From contig NC_042997.1 of NCBI RefSeq assembly GCF_006345805.1, positions 202,492,001-202,556,000 on the forward strand: a stretch of DNA of 64,000 bases, in the 5' to 3' direction. Below, piece after piece: positions 1 through 14,100 of the stretch. This stretch comes from Octopus sinensis (taxonomy: Eukaryota). A model generated the notes under the pieces. It had not been told where the DNA came from and ran no database searches. It saw nothing but the letters and a program-made list of their open reading frames with translations. A program made the position numbers and the translations under genes. Within the stretch, counting starts at the first letter, position 1, and the number at the start of each line of letters is the position of its first letter.

Positions 1-1
1 C

Positions 2-139
2 ACACTGGAAACTGACTATGCCATTCCTGCGATTCCAGATCCTGATTATGAAGATTTCCCGCCACCGCCACCCCACCTTGAAGACCCCTACATGATGGTT
101 TCGACTCCAAAATTAGCTTCTTTTAGGTCCAAAGTATGA
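2..139 (+). CDS. Probable coding exon fragment of a gene entering from the left; proline-rich adaptor-like peptide
   Basis: Frame from base 2 reads TLETDYAIPAIPDPDYEDFPPPPPHLEDPYMMVSTPKLASFRSKV-stop (TGA 137-139). It is GC-richer than the flanks and has YxxP, PxxDY and DFPPPP motifs. It could instead end at a donor AAA|GTATGA at 133/134. No gene identity recognised. Confidence 0.45.
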   Translation, partial: TLETDYAIPAIPDPDYEDFPPPPPHLEDPYMMVSTPKLASFRSKV

Positions 140-339
140 TAACCTGTACATAGAAGCATCTCGTAAGATATTTCAGCTGGAACACTTTCATATCAAAACA
201 ATGTTAAGAAACCAAAGAGTTTCTTTCCTATAGCTCTACATATGGATAAACTGTCTGTAACACACTCACACACCCTTGAAAGTGTTGCATATGTATGTCT
301 CTTGGGATGTGTGTCCCTTTCTTTCCAACCCTATCTCTT

Positions 340-419
340 CTCTATCACATATACACACACACACATGTATATGTGTATGTGTATACTTTCTCATACATGC
401 TTTCAAGCATCTGTATGTG

Positions 420-469
<50 letters not shown>

Positions 470-775
470 TATACATATGATATTTATATATACACACACA
501 CATATATATATATACATATATGTATGTGTGCATGTATGTATATTTATATAATATATATATATATATATACATGTATAATATATGTATATACATGTATAAT
601 ATTTGTATATACATGTATATGTATATATATATACATGTATAATATATGAAAGTATATATATATATGCATTATATATATATATACATACATATACCTACAC
701 ATATATACATACATATATATATACATGTATATACATACACATATACATGCATTTATATATATATATATATATACT
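340..775. repeat. Compound (TA)n/(CA)n/(TACA)n microsatellite
   Basis: Directly visible; explains the Y/I/C/V-rich spurious ORFs at 242-806. Confidence 0.95.
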
Positions 776-3009
776 ACCTCTATCTCATGTATCTAGCTGT
801 ATATAAATAACCAACTTCTTTAAGTTTGCTCTCTGCTTCCAACTCTGACTTTAATTATTTCCATTTCCAATGTAAGTGGGTTAAACATTGCCCTAGTCTT
901 CTGATTTTTTTTGTTCAGTTGTCTATCTCCATGAGATGCTATACAAAAAAAAAAGAAAAAAAACCAAAAAGCAAAGTATCATTTCCTGTTGTCTCTCTCT
1001 GAACAAGTTGTGCAATAAACAAAACAGAGACAATATTCCATTTTCTTTAGAATTGATGTTAGGGTTCTAAAAGTTAAGGTGCTCATTAGTCTTTTCTCAA
1101 TACCTTATTAAATAAAGCCTCAAGTTATAGAGTGTAACAGGGGACTCATAATGTATACCATTACATGCATATAAGATAAATGAAATATTCTCTTGTTGAA
1201 ATCAGAATACACTGATGAGTGGGTTAGATAAAGCTCATCTTTTTTATCTACGGTGTATTTCAAATTTTTTTCTGATAATAAATTAAAAGAATGTCTAAAA
1301 GAAAACCAGAAGCATGTACACATGAGCAGGTAACAACAATCTAAATGGATAAATGAGCAGAAATAATTTAGTGGATATTCATGCATTGAAAATATTTTAA
1401 ATAACTGTAATATTTTTAATGCAAATTCATTTCAATACCACCCTTTACTTTGCTCAAATTCTCATTAAATAATTCTTAATTGTTATTAGTTGTTAACAAC
1501 TTGTGCATTTGGTATAAGAATACAATTCAAAAATATCACCTTAGAATGGGAGGCTTGTTGAAACTTTGTAATTCTTCAAAAAATATATATGCTGTTCTCT
1601 ATTCAGACATGATTTTTATTGATGTTTTTAAATGATAGTATTGAAATACTAAACTGTATCAATATTTGGTTGAATATCCACAATCACAAGCTATGGTATT
1701 GCCAATATGTTTTGTATTTGATAGAACAGCACTCGACAAAGTTTTAAACTCAAAAACAATAATAACCTATAATTTTATAATTAATACCTGCTGATCTCAT
1801 TTGTTAATGAACTACAATTAATTCTAACCAGAAATTTACAATGAATTATTGTATGTAATATTAGTTAAGATTATAAATTTTCCAAAAACTAATAATCTCA
1901 TCTTTAGAGTGTATATTTAGAATATTTATATCTACTCTACATTTAAACCAGTCTAATATCCGTATGTCATCAAATATCTTATTCCTGGTCAACATGTATT
2001 TGGTTTTTTCACCTTTTCTTCACAACGACACCCAACATTTTTTCGTTTTTTGATTTTTTTTTGTTTTTTTTTTTCTCTCTCAGTGTTAGTTATTTCAAAG
2101 GACCTGGTGTTGTATAAATCAGCCATGTAGAAAATTCATGGGGACTGAATTATCTGTCGATGATTTTATTATGATGAACATTGTTAGAACTCAAACTCTC
2201 AGAAGTAGAGTTGAACCCCCTCCCACCACCACCACCACCACCACCACCTTGAAAAGGAAGATTCCATCACATGGAATCTCCTGGCCCCTATACTTAACAG
2301 ATGGCTTCTAATTCTTGAGCTTCCTAAAACATTCCCTTCCACCACTCAATTATTTTATGCCATTCTTATTTTTATTATTATTATCCTCTGTATTCTACGA
2401 CAACATACACACTGAAGCTAACAAGGAAGCCTCTACATGATTGCTCAAACTGCTAGATATAGCAAACCTCCCTCAAATCACACCCTTTCATTTCAAAAAT
2501 AAAAAAGAAACAAAAAAAGAAGGATGCGTTAGATAGTCCTCTGTACACTTGAATATGATGGGATGGTCATGGCTATAATACTTTTGATTGTAGGTCTGCT
2601 CTATCAAGATTGACCTAGGGTTAAACATCATCAAACTTATATGCTTAACGAAATACCAGAAATTAAATTTTATTTTCAAAAAATATCTTCCCCTATATTA
2701 ATTGTTTCTATTATTTTATATTCATAATATAAGAGAGGACCAAGTTAGTAAGTTAATAATAATTATTATATTGCTAATTGTTAAATAAAAATGCAGGAAA
2801 AGCTTTATCTTTTGTTTTAATTAGGTAAAACCACAGAGTCAGCTATATGATAATTTATTCACAATTATAAGATTCTTAATTAACAACGCAAAAATAAAAA
2901 TAATATTCAGTGCAACTTTATAAACAATTTTTTTTTTTTGTTGTTTTTAAAACTTTGGCAAAGAACTGGTTATTTTAGCAAAACTTGTAGTTGACAGATA
3001 GGTAAGTAG

Positions 3010-3042
<33 letters not shown>

Positions 3043-3684
3043 TATTCATATATATATATATATATATACACACATACATATACATACACACATATACATG
3101 TACACATATACACACACACACACACAAGGTACACAGATGTTAAATGCTTGACAGAAATAGGCGATCCTTTAATCTGTTTCTAAATTAAGTTTTTTAATGC
3201 TTTGTTGGTACAAAAACTTTTTGGGCATTTCACAGAAAGCAAAACATATTCTAAAGCAAATTATGAAGAATTTGAATGGAATGTTCCAGAAATCATTTTT
3301 TTGGTAATCTTAGACTATGGAATGAACTTGTATATGTAGAAACACAAACACAAGTTGATAAAACAACAATAGTTGTATAATAAATACACACACCTCTGAC
3401 CCAAGTTCATGCTGAGACACAGGACCTATAAAAGGGAAAAGGTTCAACTGATAAGTCTGTTTTAGGGCCCAAATGGCCAAGCTGGAACCTGGAACTATAT
3501 GCTAGGCTTCACACTAAAATAGAAAAAACTAACAGTTTCCTTGGATTTCAGAGAACTCTTGGAGGTTCCTGCACACATACAGAATTTTCTTTTTATGCTT
3601 TTTAAAGAGACTAACAGCTTCCTTGAGTTTTGAGAGGGTCACAGTCTTGATCCATCTTGCCAAATTTCTCTTGTAGGCCTTGCG

Positions 3685-3718
<34 letters not shown>

Positions 3719-5224
3719 TAACTAAATTTCTCTAAATATATCTGAAAATTCAATCCAATGAATTTATTAAAAATCTATAGGTAATCAAAGTAAAACAAAA
3801 GAAAAATACATTGAAAAAATATATAAAACATCAATAACTTGAGTTGTACCTAAAGATTTTGAAATATGAAGATACTAAGTTCAACTATGAAGTTATTCCA
3901 TTAAAAAAACAATAGTTCATATAATTAATCGTGCTGATCTGTTGACATACAGAAGTTCTGTCAAGTCATTTATTGAATGTATATCAACCAGTTCTATGAA
4001 TAGTCAAATATATCATCTAGCATAAAAGCATAAATTTCACATCAGAACACATATTTTGTGCTCAACAGCTGTTTCATAAAGATAACGCCACTAGATGTAT
4101 GATTATATAATTATGAAACATAATTAATTTAATTAAATTTACTACAATGTTGGAGTTTAACTACCTGTTATTAATTAAATATATGTTTTAGTTAAATGTA
4201 GAAAATGCACAGACATACACCAAAGAAAAGGCACATTTTGATAGCAGCCGACAACATAGAGAGAAAACTGTCATAAAAGCATTTTTTTCTTAATTATTAA
4301 TTGCACTGATTGTCATGTAACATTTAATCAAAATTTAACTAATTAAGTTTATCAATAAACTGCTGAAAAGAAAGAAAAAGATTTTATCTTGAGTTTTTTT
4401 TTTTTTTATATATATATATAAGTCATTGTTATAACAATACAAACTGGGTATGGTAATAATTTGAGAAGACTATGAAAATAAATAACGGCTTGTTATATAA
4501 AAGCAAGCTAGAGGCTGCCCAGTTGTAACACCAACACCTGGTTCATGGGTGACTTTAGCGGTGGAGTTCACTCTGTTGCAAGCATTCTGGTCAGGTTTTC
4601 GGGTCTGATGATAACTCCCTTCACCTCCTCTTGTCCCTCCTACTACCAATCTCAGAAGAGGGAAACCCTTACATAAAAAGGGTCATAAGGCGTCCCCCCA
4701 CCTTCCACTTCCTCCTCTGACTGAGTCATTAAAAAAGAAAAACGAGAATCAAGTTTTCAGTTGATTACAAACATTTTTTTTATGACTTCTAATAATGATG
4801 ATGATAATAATAATAATGATGATGATGATGATGATGAAAGACATGTTGTACACAATATTAACAAATATTGTAAAACATACAAGTGATTGGAGATTATATA
4901 AAACTGAGAACTGGGCGAAAATCACAACAATGAGGACAAATTAATTCAATTTAAATAAAAGCAAAAACTAAATCTGTAAAACAAAGTCCTGTTTCCTTTG
5001 AGGTGTAATTTATAATTCTGTATATTTGCAGCCCATGTAATGTTTTTTTGTAATTTTTTTTAATGAATGTATTTATGTTTATTATTATTATTATTATTAT
5101 TATTTAACTCCTTCTAATATGAACCTGTCTCTCTATCTCTATACAAATATATATTCTATCTGTAATGTAAATGTGGTAAGTGTTAATGTACATGCATAAG
5201 TAAGTGCACACATATTAATGTATC

Positions 5225-5570
5225 CCTACATATATGTGTCCAACATGAAACTGTCTAAACATATAAGCATGTACATATATGTACATATACATACGTGTGT
5301 TTGTGTGTGTGTATATATATATACACACATATATATGCACAAACATGTATACATATGTGTATATACACATGGTTATATATATATATACATACATATGTGT
5401 ATATATATATATATGAATGCATGTATATGTGTGTGTATATATATATATGTATATATACATACATAAATTTATATAAATATGTGTATATATGTATTTATTT
5501 ATATGTATATATATGTGTATATATATGTGTATAAATGTGTATAAACACACATATATACACACACACATGT
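5225..5570. repeat. Compound (TA)n/(TG)n microsatellite
   Basis: Directly visible; source of spurious ORFs at 5215-5568. Confidence 0.95.
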
Positions 5571-7727
5571 ATATAAGCTTTCCTGTTGCACCGAATTATT
5601 TCAACACGTACTTTCAATATCACCGTTTGTAATTTAAAAAGAAAATTCAAGAAAATAAAATAAACACTGCTACAAATTGAACTCCCTGTATCTTAATGAA
5701 TGTGATTCCACAATTTTGTTCACCTATTCCTGCCGTCTACATTGACAAGATGTTCAATATCAAATACCTTTTTAATACATTATCCATCACAACTCTTTTG
5801 TCAACTAATATATTTTGATTTTCTGCAATGAGACCAAACTCTGTGTATGTACATGCGTGTGTGTGTGTGTTTGTGCGTGCATGAACATGTGTGAATCGGT
5901 AAGCTTGTGTATGAATGTGTGTATCTGTGAATCTGATACATTTATTAGCTGTCTCTTCAAAACACAGATAACTAAAAAGAACGGAGATAAATTAGCGAAG
6001 GAAATGTATTATTTGTTCCTTTTTGGAATCAATCAAATCTTGTGTGTGTATGTATGCACTCTAAACCAACACTATTACATTAAAAATAAAAAAGAAAAAA
6101 AAGCTGAATTCAAAGCAAACATGGATATTATTATTATTATTATTATTATTTGATCTTAAATTGACATTCAATCCCAGTATGTTATCCATTGATTAAACAC
6201 TTTTAAGCTTCAATATCAGAACATCTGATGACATTCAATGATAAACTAAAATGTCTTCAACATGTCAAGTTCTTCCCTATGGTTGGCAGGTTATTTTGGC
6301 AACTAAGCATTCATATTTATTGTTGTTATTATTATTATTATCATTATTATTATTATTCTGCCTAGGTCAACTTTACCTTTCATCCTTTCGGGGTTAAAAA
6401 AATAAAGTACCAGTCAAGTGCTGGGGTTGATGTATTCAACTAATTAATACCCACACCCCTAAAATTGCAGGCCTTGTGCCAAAATTTGAAACCATTATTA
6501 TTATTATTATTATTATTATGGAATGAAAGAGACAGAAAAAAAATTTAATGATTTCCTCTACAACACAGTAATTAAATAACAAAGCATTTTTTACTGGCAA
6601 ATGACACTTGTGGAATGGAGTGTTTACTTCTAAAATGAAACAGGACTTCCATTGCATCCGAAACAAAACCAAAAAAAAAATAAAATAACCTGAAATCAAA
6701 TCAGGTTTATCTTTGTATACACAAAAATAGTTATAAAATCCAGTTGGAAAATTTTCTCCATCTTCCCTTTACAAATTGACTTATAATTTACTAGACTAAT
6801 TTGTATGCCTGGTTAATGATTTCTTGTAATTAATTCATGTATTAGAAAAATAAATAAAAGAAAAAGAAAAAAAATTATTACAGCATATCATCAAACAGAC
6901 AAATTTATTGTTTTAACAAAACAATAAATACGAATTAATTGAACTGTAGTTCAATATCAGATGAATGAATTTACAAATAAATATTGATACACAAAAAAAA
7001 AGAGTAAAAAAAAAATGAAAAAGAAACAACATACAAAAATAAATACAAATCTTGCATTGATTTTTTTTGTGGGGGGAGGTATGTATGTAAAAACTTTTGT
7101 GTTTGGTTTTATTAATTTTTTTTTAATTGTTGTTGAAAATTTGACATTTTGTTGTTGTGTTGTTATTTTTCTCTCATTTTCTCTGGAATTTTTATTTTCA
7201 TCTTGTTTGAAATATCATTATTGAAAAGAATAAAGTTTGGGGGAAAAAAATACGAAAAAAAAAACAAAGATTTTCTAACATGTGTAAATTGAAAAAAAAA
7301 AGAATATTTGTTAACCATTTTCGGTGATCCTGAAAACATCCCCTTCAGTTGTTTTACACTGAATATCCCGTGGCTAAAGGTTGGTTTCGACAACTATTTC
7401 ATAACTACTTTATCGACAACAGTTTTATTGCTTTCAAATTCTATTCTTCCCATCATTGTTTTATTGTTTCTTTCTTTGGTTCATTGGCTTATAAATTCCC
7501 TTTTTTCCTTCATTAAAATTACCGTAAAGAATCTTGATACCAAAATAGTCCTTGTATATATTCAAACACATAACATATATACATGCAAAAATATACACAC
7601 ACACTTTGTAGGGGCTGTATTAGTGTGACCCTGGTACAGCCTTCTGGCTTGCCAGTCCTCAGTCAAACTGTCCAACCCATGCCAGCATGGAAAGTGGACG
7701 TTAAATGACGATGATACATACATATTA

Positions 7728-7759
<32 letters not shown>

Positions 7760-7833
7760 ATTAGGGAGTGTAACTCCAAACTTACAGGGAAAAATTCAGT
7801 TTAGTATTAAATCAAATTTCACAGTATAAATAC

Positions 7834-8002
7834 ATAAAATATAAATTAGAGATAAAATCACTATTATGCAACTCAGTGATAGACATAAACCAATACATAA
7901 ATAACCAATATAAAAAAAATTTATATATTGGTTATGTATTGGTTTATGTCTATCACTGTTTGAGTTGCATAATAGTGGTTTTATCTCTAATTCATATTTT
8001 AT
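7834..8002. repeat. Long inverted repeat (~75-80 bp arms, ~10 nt loop)
   Basis: Left ATAAAATATAAATTAGAGATAAAATCACTATTATGCAACTCA...CCAATATA pairs with the reverse complement on the right, with few mismatches and two small indels. Confidence 0.9.
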
Positions 8003-8094
8003 ATATATATATATATAATATATATATATATTATGGAGATGTACTTGCATAGCGAGTGACTTGATCTGAGATTATGTGCTGGAATGAAAACAAT

Positions 8095-8357
8095 TGCAGT
8101 GTGGAAGGTGTTTATAAGCCATTTAAGAAACACACAAAAACCGTTAGATTCACTTCAACATTTAAATTTAATTTGTCAAAATATTTTCGTCGCTTTGAAA
8201 CCGCGACCTGTTCACTGACAAAGCTTCGTGCTGTCAGTGAACAGGTCACAGTCTCAAAGCAATGAAAATATTTTGACAAATTAAATTTAAATGTTGAAGT
8301 GAATCTAATGGTTTTTGTGTGTTTCTTAAATGGCTTATAAACACCTTCCATGCTGCA
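8095..8357. repeat. Long inverted repeat / foldback element (~125 bp arms, 11 nt loop)
   Basis: TGCAGTGTGGAAGGTGTTTATAAGCC...TTCACTGACA / AAGCTTCGTGC / TGTCAGTGAA...CCTTCCATGCTGCA. Mirrored ORFs 8074-8265(+) and 8112-8351(-) confirm it. Confidence 0.92.
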
Positions 8358-8423
8358 AGTATTTCTTGTGTGTACAGTTAGATACTTCCGTTTATAATAT
8401 GTAATGTGTAAATGTAAGAAATG

Positions 8424-8525
8424 GTATGATTAACACAAGATGCAGTTTACATAGGATGCAAATAGTCAGTGGCGACACCTGTGTAAGCAACAAATGATAT
8501 AAACTGCATCTTGTGTTAATCATAC
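8424..8525. repeat. Perfect 26-bp inverted repeat with 50-nt spacer
   Basis: GTATGATTAACACAAGATGCAGTTTA (8424-8449) is the reverse complement of 8500-8525. Confidence 0.9.
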
Positions 8526-10513
8526 ACACACACACCACACATATATATATATATACATATATAGCATCCAGCCATTTGATAGCTTCCTATCAGAAATACA
8601 ATCAAGTCATTGTTTGAAAATAGATTGGACCACATAATGACTTTAACACCCTTTACTGCACGGTGACACCTGCAATACACAGTAACTGTAACCCCTATAC
8701 TTACAGCCCCTTTATTAGATTTGATCCCCTTCATTATAATGTGACTAAACTTTTTACTACATAGACATCCCTTTTTTTCTTTTTTACATTGACTTTAGCC
8801 TTACATAAGGACATTAACCCCTTTATTATAGCGATTTTAACCCCTTTACTACTACAATAATGAATCTTTCAATTATTTCCCAACTACAATAATGAATCTT
8901 TCAATTATTTCCCAACCAAAGGGCACATAATGCCTAACAGCTTGTTGGATGATCATGGTTGGAATCAATCGGCTCAATCAAGGTTGCACAACTATTCGTC
9001 TTTTACTTACCTTACTTTTAACTATTAATTGCTTCTGTTTCTCTCTCTCTCCATAATTTCATTTCAAACCATACTGCTAACATTTTACAAAGAATAATTG
9101 TAATTCCTTCCCTTCGGCTCTTCTTCCTGTTTTTTTTCTTTCTTTTCTCCTTTAAATGATTTTCCAGTCTTCGTGTTTTTATCACAACTTAGTGACAGTA
9201 ATATCAAAAGACCACTGTGGGTTCCAACTTCAGCATAAATAAACATCTTGTTTATATACACGTTTTTGAAAGATTTGTATCATTTTAATTTAAATTTTCT
9301 TCTTTCATTTTATTTTAAATTAAAAACAACAAAAATAAAAACCTTGAATGACGGTGGTGATCCAAACTATCTTGTCGTACACACAAGCACTGAGAAACAA
9401 TAACCGTAACGTTTGTCTTCTTCAGAACATCTCAACTATAAAACAATGAATAATAATAATAATAATAATAACCACCTAAGACTGACTGCTGACATCAGCC
9501 ATGTGATATCTTTACCGTGATAAGGGATATCAGTTCTCTTCACTTTATTTTTTTTCTACTTTTGCACTGCTTGACTCAGAGTATTCTTCCACAGGTGCAT
9601 CTCTCAACAATTCTTCATATTTGTTGCAGTTTTATTTATCCATCCATCAGTAACATTTATTTTTGAAATATGTTTAATGTTCCTCCCACCAACCATCCCA
9701 TTCCCCACCTCTTTTTTTTCTTTTTGTTCCCCCCAAACCAATTCCTTTATGTCCTTACTAGAATAAAAAACCCAAAATTCATTGCTGGACAGCTTCCACC
9801 AGCACTGCCATAGCTCTCCATCAGAAAAATATTTAAAAAGAATACAAAAGACAAACTAAAATGATTTACTTTCCTTTCACATGTCTGATGAAGGCGAGCC
9901 CAAAAGCCTGCCAAAGTTAAATTATTAAAATCACCCTCCCACTTTATTATCATTAATTATTATTAATATCATCACTTATTAATTATTCTTTTTATTTGTC
10001 TGACATGAAAGTAATCCTCTTCATGCAACCTTCTCTAATAGAAGGATATATTTTACAAATTCATTCTTGCTTTAAAATAATAAAGATAACATCTGTGACA
10101 TTCGAGTTGGTCTTTGTTATTGTTTATAATTCTCTTCACTCTTATTTTATACAAATGTAATAATTTTCTATAATTACAAAATTTCAATAGGGACTTAGAA
10201 ATCTTACTAAGTTAATTTTTTTGTAAAGCCTTTATATTTACATAAGCCAGAATCCAATTTGTTTTTAGCTCCTGGTAAACCTGCTGTATAGTGTATCTGG
10301 GACAAAACTGCATGTTTTTTTTTCCCCCCTCTCACCTCTTTATTCAAGACAGAATATGAATGCAATTTGGTTGCTGTTTCTAGCAGATTTGAGACACCAT
10401 GCAGAACCTCTACACTGCATAAAATTTCAATAGAATTTAACTTTGAAATCTTATTTCAAACTTCTAAATTGACTAAATTGAAAATGAATTCCAAAAAAAT
10501 TACAGAACCTTAA

Positions 10514-10717
10514 CCCTTTCGTTACTGTATTTATTTTGAGATGCTCTGTGTTTCTTTCAATTATTTTAAATATAACAAAGAATTTAGTAAAATAATTTAA
10601 TTATCATTAAGCTATTGTTAGGAACATAAATTGCAACTAAGGTTTGGTGGTATATTTTTATGAAAACAAGACATTCGTACAACAGAGCCGGTTTTGGCCG
10701 GGTTGGTAACAAAAGGG
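10514..10717. mobile_element. piggyBac-type MITE (TTAA target)
   Basis: TTAA|CCCTTTCGTTAC...GTAACAAAAGGG|TTAA. Same family at 10965-11149 and 22798-23012. Confidence 0.85.
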
Positions 10718-10964
10718 TTAAGAATATGATAACTCACTATGATAAGACTAGTTTGTTGCAACTATATACTTTCAGGTAAAATAGATACATACCCTAGGCA
10801 TGAATTTTGACAGTTTATTGAAGCTAAAAATAAGTACCACATTTACTGCCTGGTTTATATACAGAATGAGACAACTGGATACAGCTGTTCAGATGCTGAA
10901 AATAGGTATGGCTGGGAGAATAAGTGCCTTGTTGTCCTAAGATTCAATTTCAAAATTAGCTTAT

Positions 10965-11149
10965 CCCTTTTGTTACCATATTTATTTTGAGATGCTGTTT
11001 CTTTCAATTAATTTTAAATATAAAGAATTTAGAAAAATAACTTAGTCACAATCACTTAGCTTAATGATAAAACTAACGTTTGGAATATTTTAATTCAAAA
11101 CTTATGAAATGACTAGAGCTGGTTTCAACTTGGTTGGTAATCAAAAGGG
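10965..11149. mobile_element. piggyBac-type MITE with TTAT target duplication
   Basis: TTAT|CCCTTTTGTTACC...GTAATCAAAAGGG|TTAT. The paralogous empty site AAAATTAGC-TTAT-CAGTGTA is at 50886-50889. Confidence 0.85.
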
Positions 11150-14100
11150 TTATCAGTGTATGAATTAAAAAAAAAATCTCATACTCAATCTCACTGGGAT
11201 CTCCAGTCTGTTCAAGTATGAATATATTTTTCTAACCTTAGAATGACATTTCCTCAACATTTCTGATGTTAATCAGATTTGTTTAATCTTTAAATTTTTG
11301 TGTATTTTTACAATATAACCCTTTAGTTACATTTCTGATCAACACCGCTTTTGTCGTAATTAATTTTGAATGAAATTTTGACAGAATGTGTTTAAATCTC
11401 TTTATAAGAGAAAAATTTCTATCTTTGGTAGCTGGTTCATACTGATTGGTGTAAGTGTCGATTGCAAATCCTGACAGATATTACATACAAATGCATCACC
11501 AATCCACTTGATGTTACATCCACTTTCATAAATCCCCTTTGGCCTACTTTAAATGCTAATTAACTCCATCTTTCTACCCAGTTCATTCCATTTATCTCTG
11601 AAGCTGACATGGATATCGCTTTCTGCATGCACATTTTTTCTAGCTTCAACATGCTAGAAAATACAGCCAAATCTTCCCAAAACCTTTACACCTGAAACAG
11701 GTTTTTTTTTTTTTCAAAACTTTTTGTTACTTTCCATTTCCACTTTTGTACCACAAAACTTCAAGCAAACTACAATGCTCACACATACACAAAGTCTTTG
11801 ATGCAAAGAAAAAAAATAATTCAGAATGGTCATGACTGGAATTCTTTATCAAAAGTCTGCTCCATTATGATTGATGGTGGGGGGTGGGGGTTAGACAAGG
11901 TTTGGAAATTTAAAGTTTTGATTGAAGCTCATTCTTGCATCTGCCATGGATGATCCTGCAACAATAAATTCAGTGACAAATATAGCTTCCACTCTCCAAC
12001 TGTTGCCAGTCTTAAATACTATGATAAAGGAAAGCAATAAACAGAACTTCACTGAACAACCATTTACATCAAAGAATTCACATGTTCTAAGTAGACGTTT
12101 ACACTTAGAAATGATCAGGGGACATAACATTTTTCTTCAATGCTTACCATATTTCTCTAGTGCAGCTGTGCTGGGCACTGCATTGAAGGATTTTAGTCCA
12201 ACTAAGTAACCCGTTATTTTTTTCTTTCCAAGACTGGTACTTTACCAGTCATCTTTGCTAAGTTATAGAGAATGTAAACAAACCAACATCAAAATATGTA
12301 TATACAAAGCTTCCATCTATCCTATTCACTCACAAGGTATCAGTCAGCTTAGGAGCTGTAGAAGACCTAGCCAGACATGCTTGTGCCTGGAAAGATTTTT
12401 TCTTAATGCATTATATAGAATCTCTTGTAGACATGCTCTAAAGCCAGCTGAGTGATTAAGAAGTGCTATGTTTCAACTGGATATCTGGGATTTAGTCCCA
12501 CTACAGCTCCAGGACAAACTCTTCAGTGGATAAGGTAGACAGACTGGGAAGAAGCCTGTCAGATACATGGGAGCAAGTTCAGGTCTTATTTTGAAAGTTG
12601 CACAAACTGTTAACTAATGTCATCATTTAAACAATAATGTCTATTTACAATCAATAAAATCACATCTAAAAAAAAAAAAAAGTGTTGAGGGAGTTGGCAA
12701 CAACAGCAACCACTCCATCTATGGTTCAAATTCCACAAGCTGTATCCAACTATCCCAATGTGTTTTTTTTTTTCCCCCCATCAAGAGTACATTGTGCAAT
12801 ACCTTCCATTAATCCCATACTTAAATGGATTAATACAGGTTAGCAGATAGCTAGATTTGTTCCAAGCTTGTCACTACAGAAAGTGACACTTAGATGCCAA
12901 ACGATTACTTGAAAATCCAATAAGAATTTCTTCGTAACTATTGAAAGACCACCACCATTATTACTTAAAATTCAATGCAGAGCTAAAGATAAACCAAACT
13001 TGCAAGCATGAGCAATAACAAGATTTCAAGGGCAGTAACGGATGCAGATTTTTCCGTCCTCGCAACTGATGCAGTTGAAAATTCCATTTCCCTGATGCTT
13101 TGCTGTCAAATGTAGCTAATTGCTCTATCAATATTACAAAAGGTCACATCTTCCATCATAGCAGTTTTCTCAAACATGGCTACTTAGATCATTTAGCCTG
13201 TGCACATAAAATGAGATACCTGAAGAATGAAATAAATCACTTTATACCTGGTTCATAAATTACTTTCCTACCTCCTCCAAAGCATGCTAACCAAGGAGTT
13301 GTGACTACACCTACAGGAACCAGCTGAACCAATTTCATTTTTTCTTCTGGCCTATATCACAAGGCCACTGGCAATCATGTCAGGTCCAGCTATTTATGAT
13401 CAACTTTCACCACTCCCTAAAATTAATTTTTTCAACCATCATTCAGTATAATCCACTTATGCTTAATCTTTCAGAATATCATTCACAAAAACTGAAAATG
13501 CTTGCTTAGTCAGAGACTCTCAAACATTTCAAAAATATCTAGCTCATGAATACACATACCTGTGCATCTATGTAGTCTCACAATGTGGAGAATTATTACC
13601 TACTTCAGGCATGCTCAATTCCCAGATCATAGCTACAGGAACTAAGGTATCAGACAGCCAGTTAAGCTTGCCTGACAGTACAAGTTAAGCTAAGACTGGG
13701 AGACAACATAGCAAAATGGTAAAATTTCAGCACCCAAGCATGTTATTTTGCTCTGCAGTAGCTGCATCTATATGTATGATATATGAAGCACTAAATTTCA
13801 AAGGTCCAGGAATATTTTGCTACTTTTATGCAAAAAGACCACATTTTGTTTACAACAATATCAATGATAAATCTTGCATCACAAAATAAAACATTCCTTG
13901 TAAATTTCTAGCCTGATTCTTGAGAAACATTCATTACAAAGCTTTCAGAAAAAACATTTTTAACAAGGTAATTTTTTTTAAAGTTGACATGTCAGGTTAA
14001 ACTACAAATATGAAAAACTGATGGAGAATCCATTGATGTGACATTAGAACCATTTTTTCAGAACAGGGCACTTGTAAATGGAGGAAACAAATCGAAAAAA

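Noticed and set aside
242-806. Long overlapping ORFs (also 5215-5568 and 44462-44867)
   Set aside because: Translations of TA/CA microsatellites or SINE bodies, not protein-coding.
7450-7550. Minus-strand KDYFGIKILYGNFNEGKKGIYKPMNQRKKQ-stop as a possible terminal exon
   Set aside because: No convincing polypyrimidine acceptor, no recognisable family and no supporting upstream exons.
11922-12209. 95-aa ORF downstream of eIF1-A
   Set aside because: No recognisable domain and no evident intact counterpart in duplicate B.
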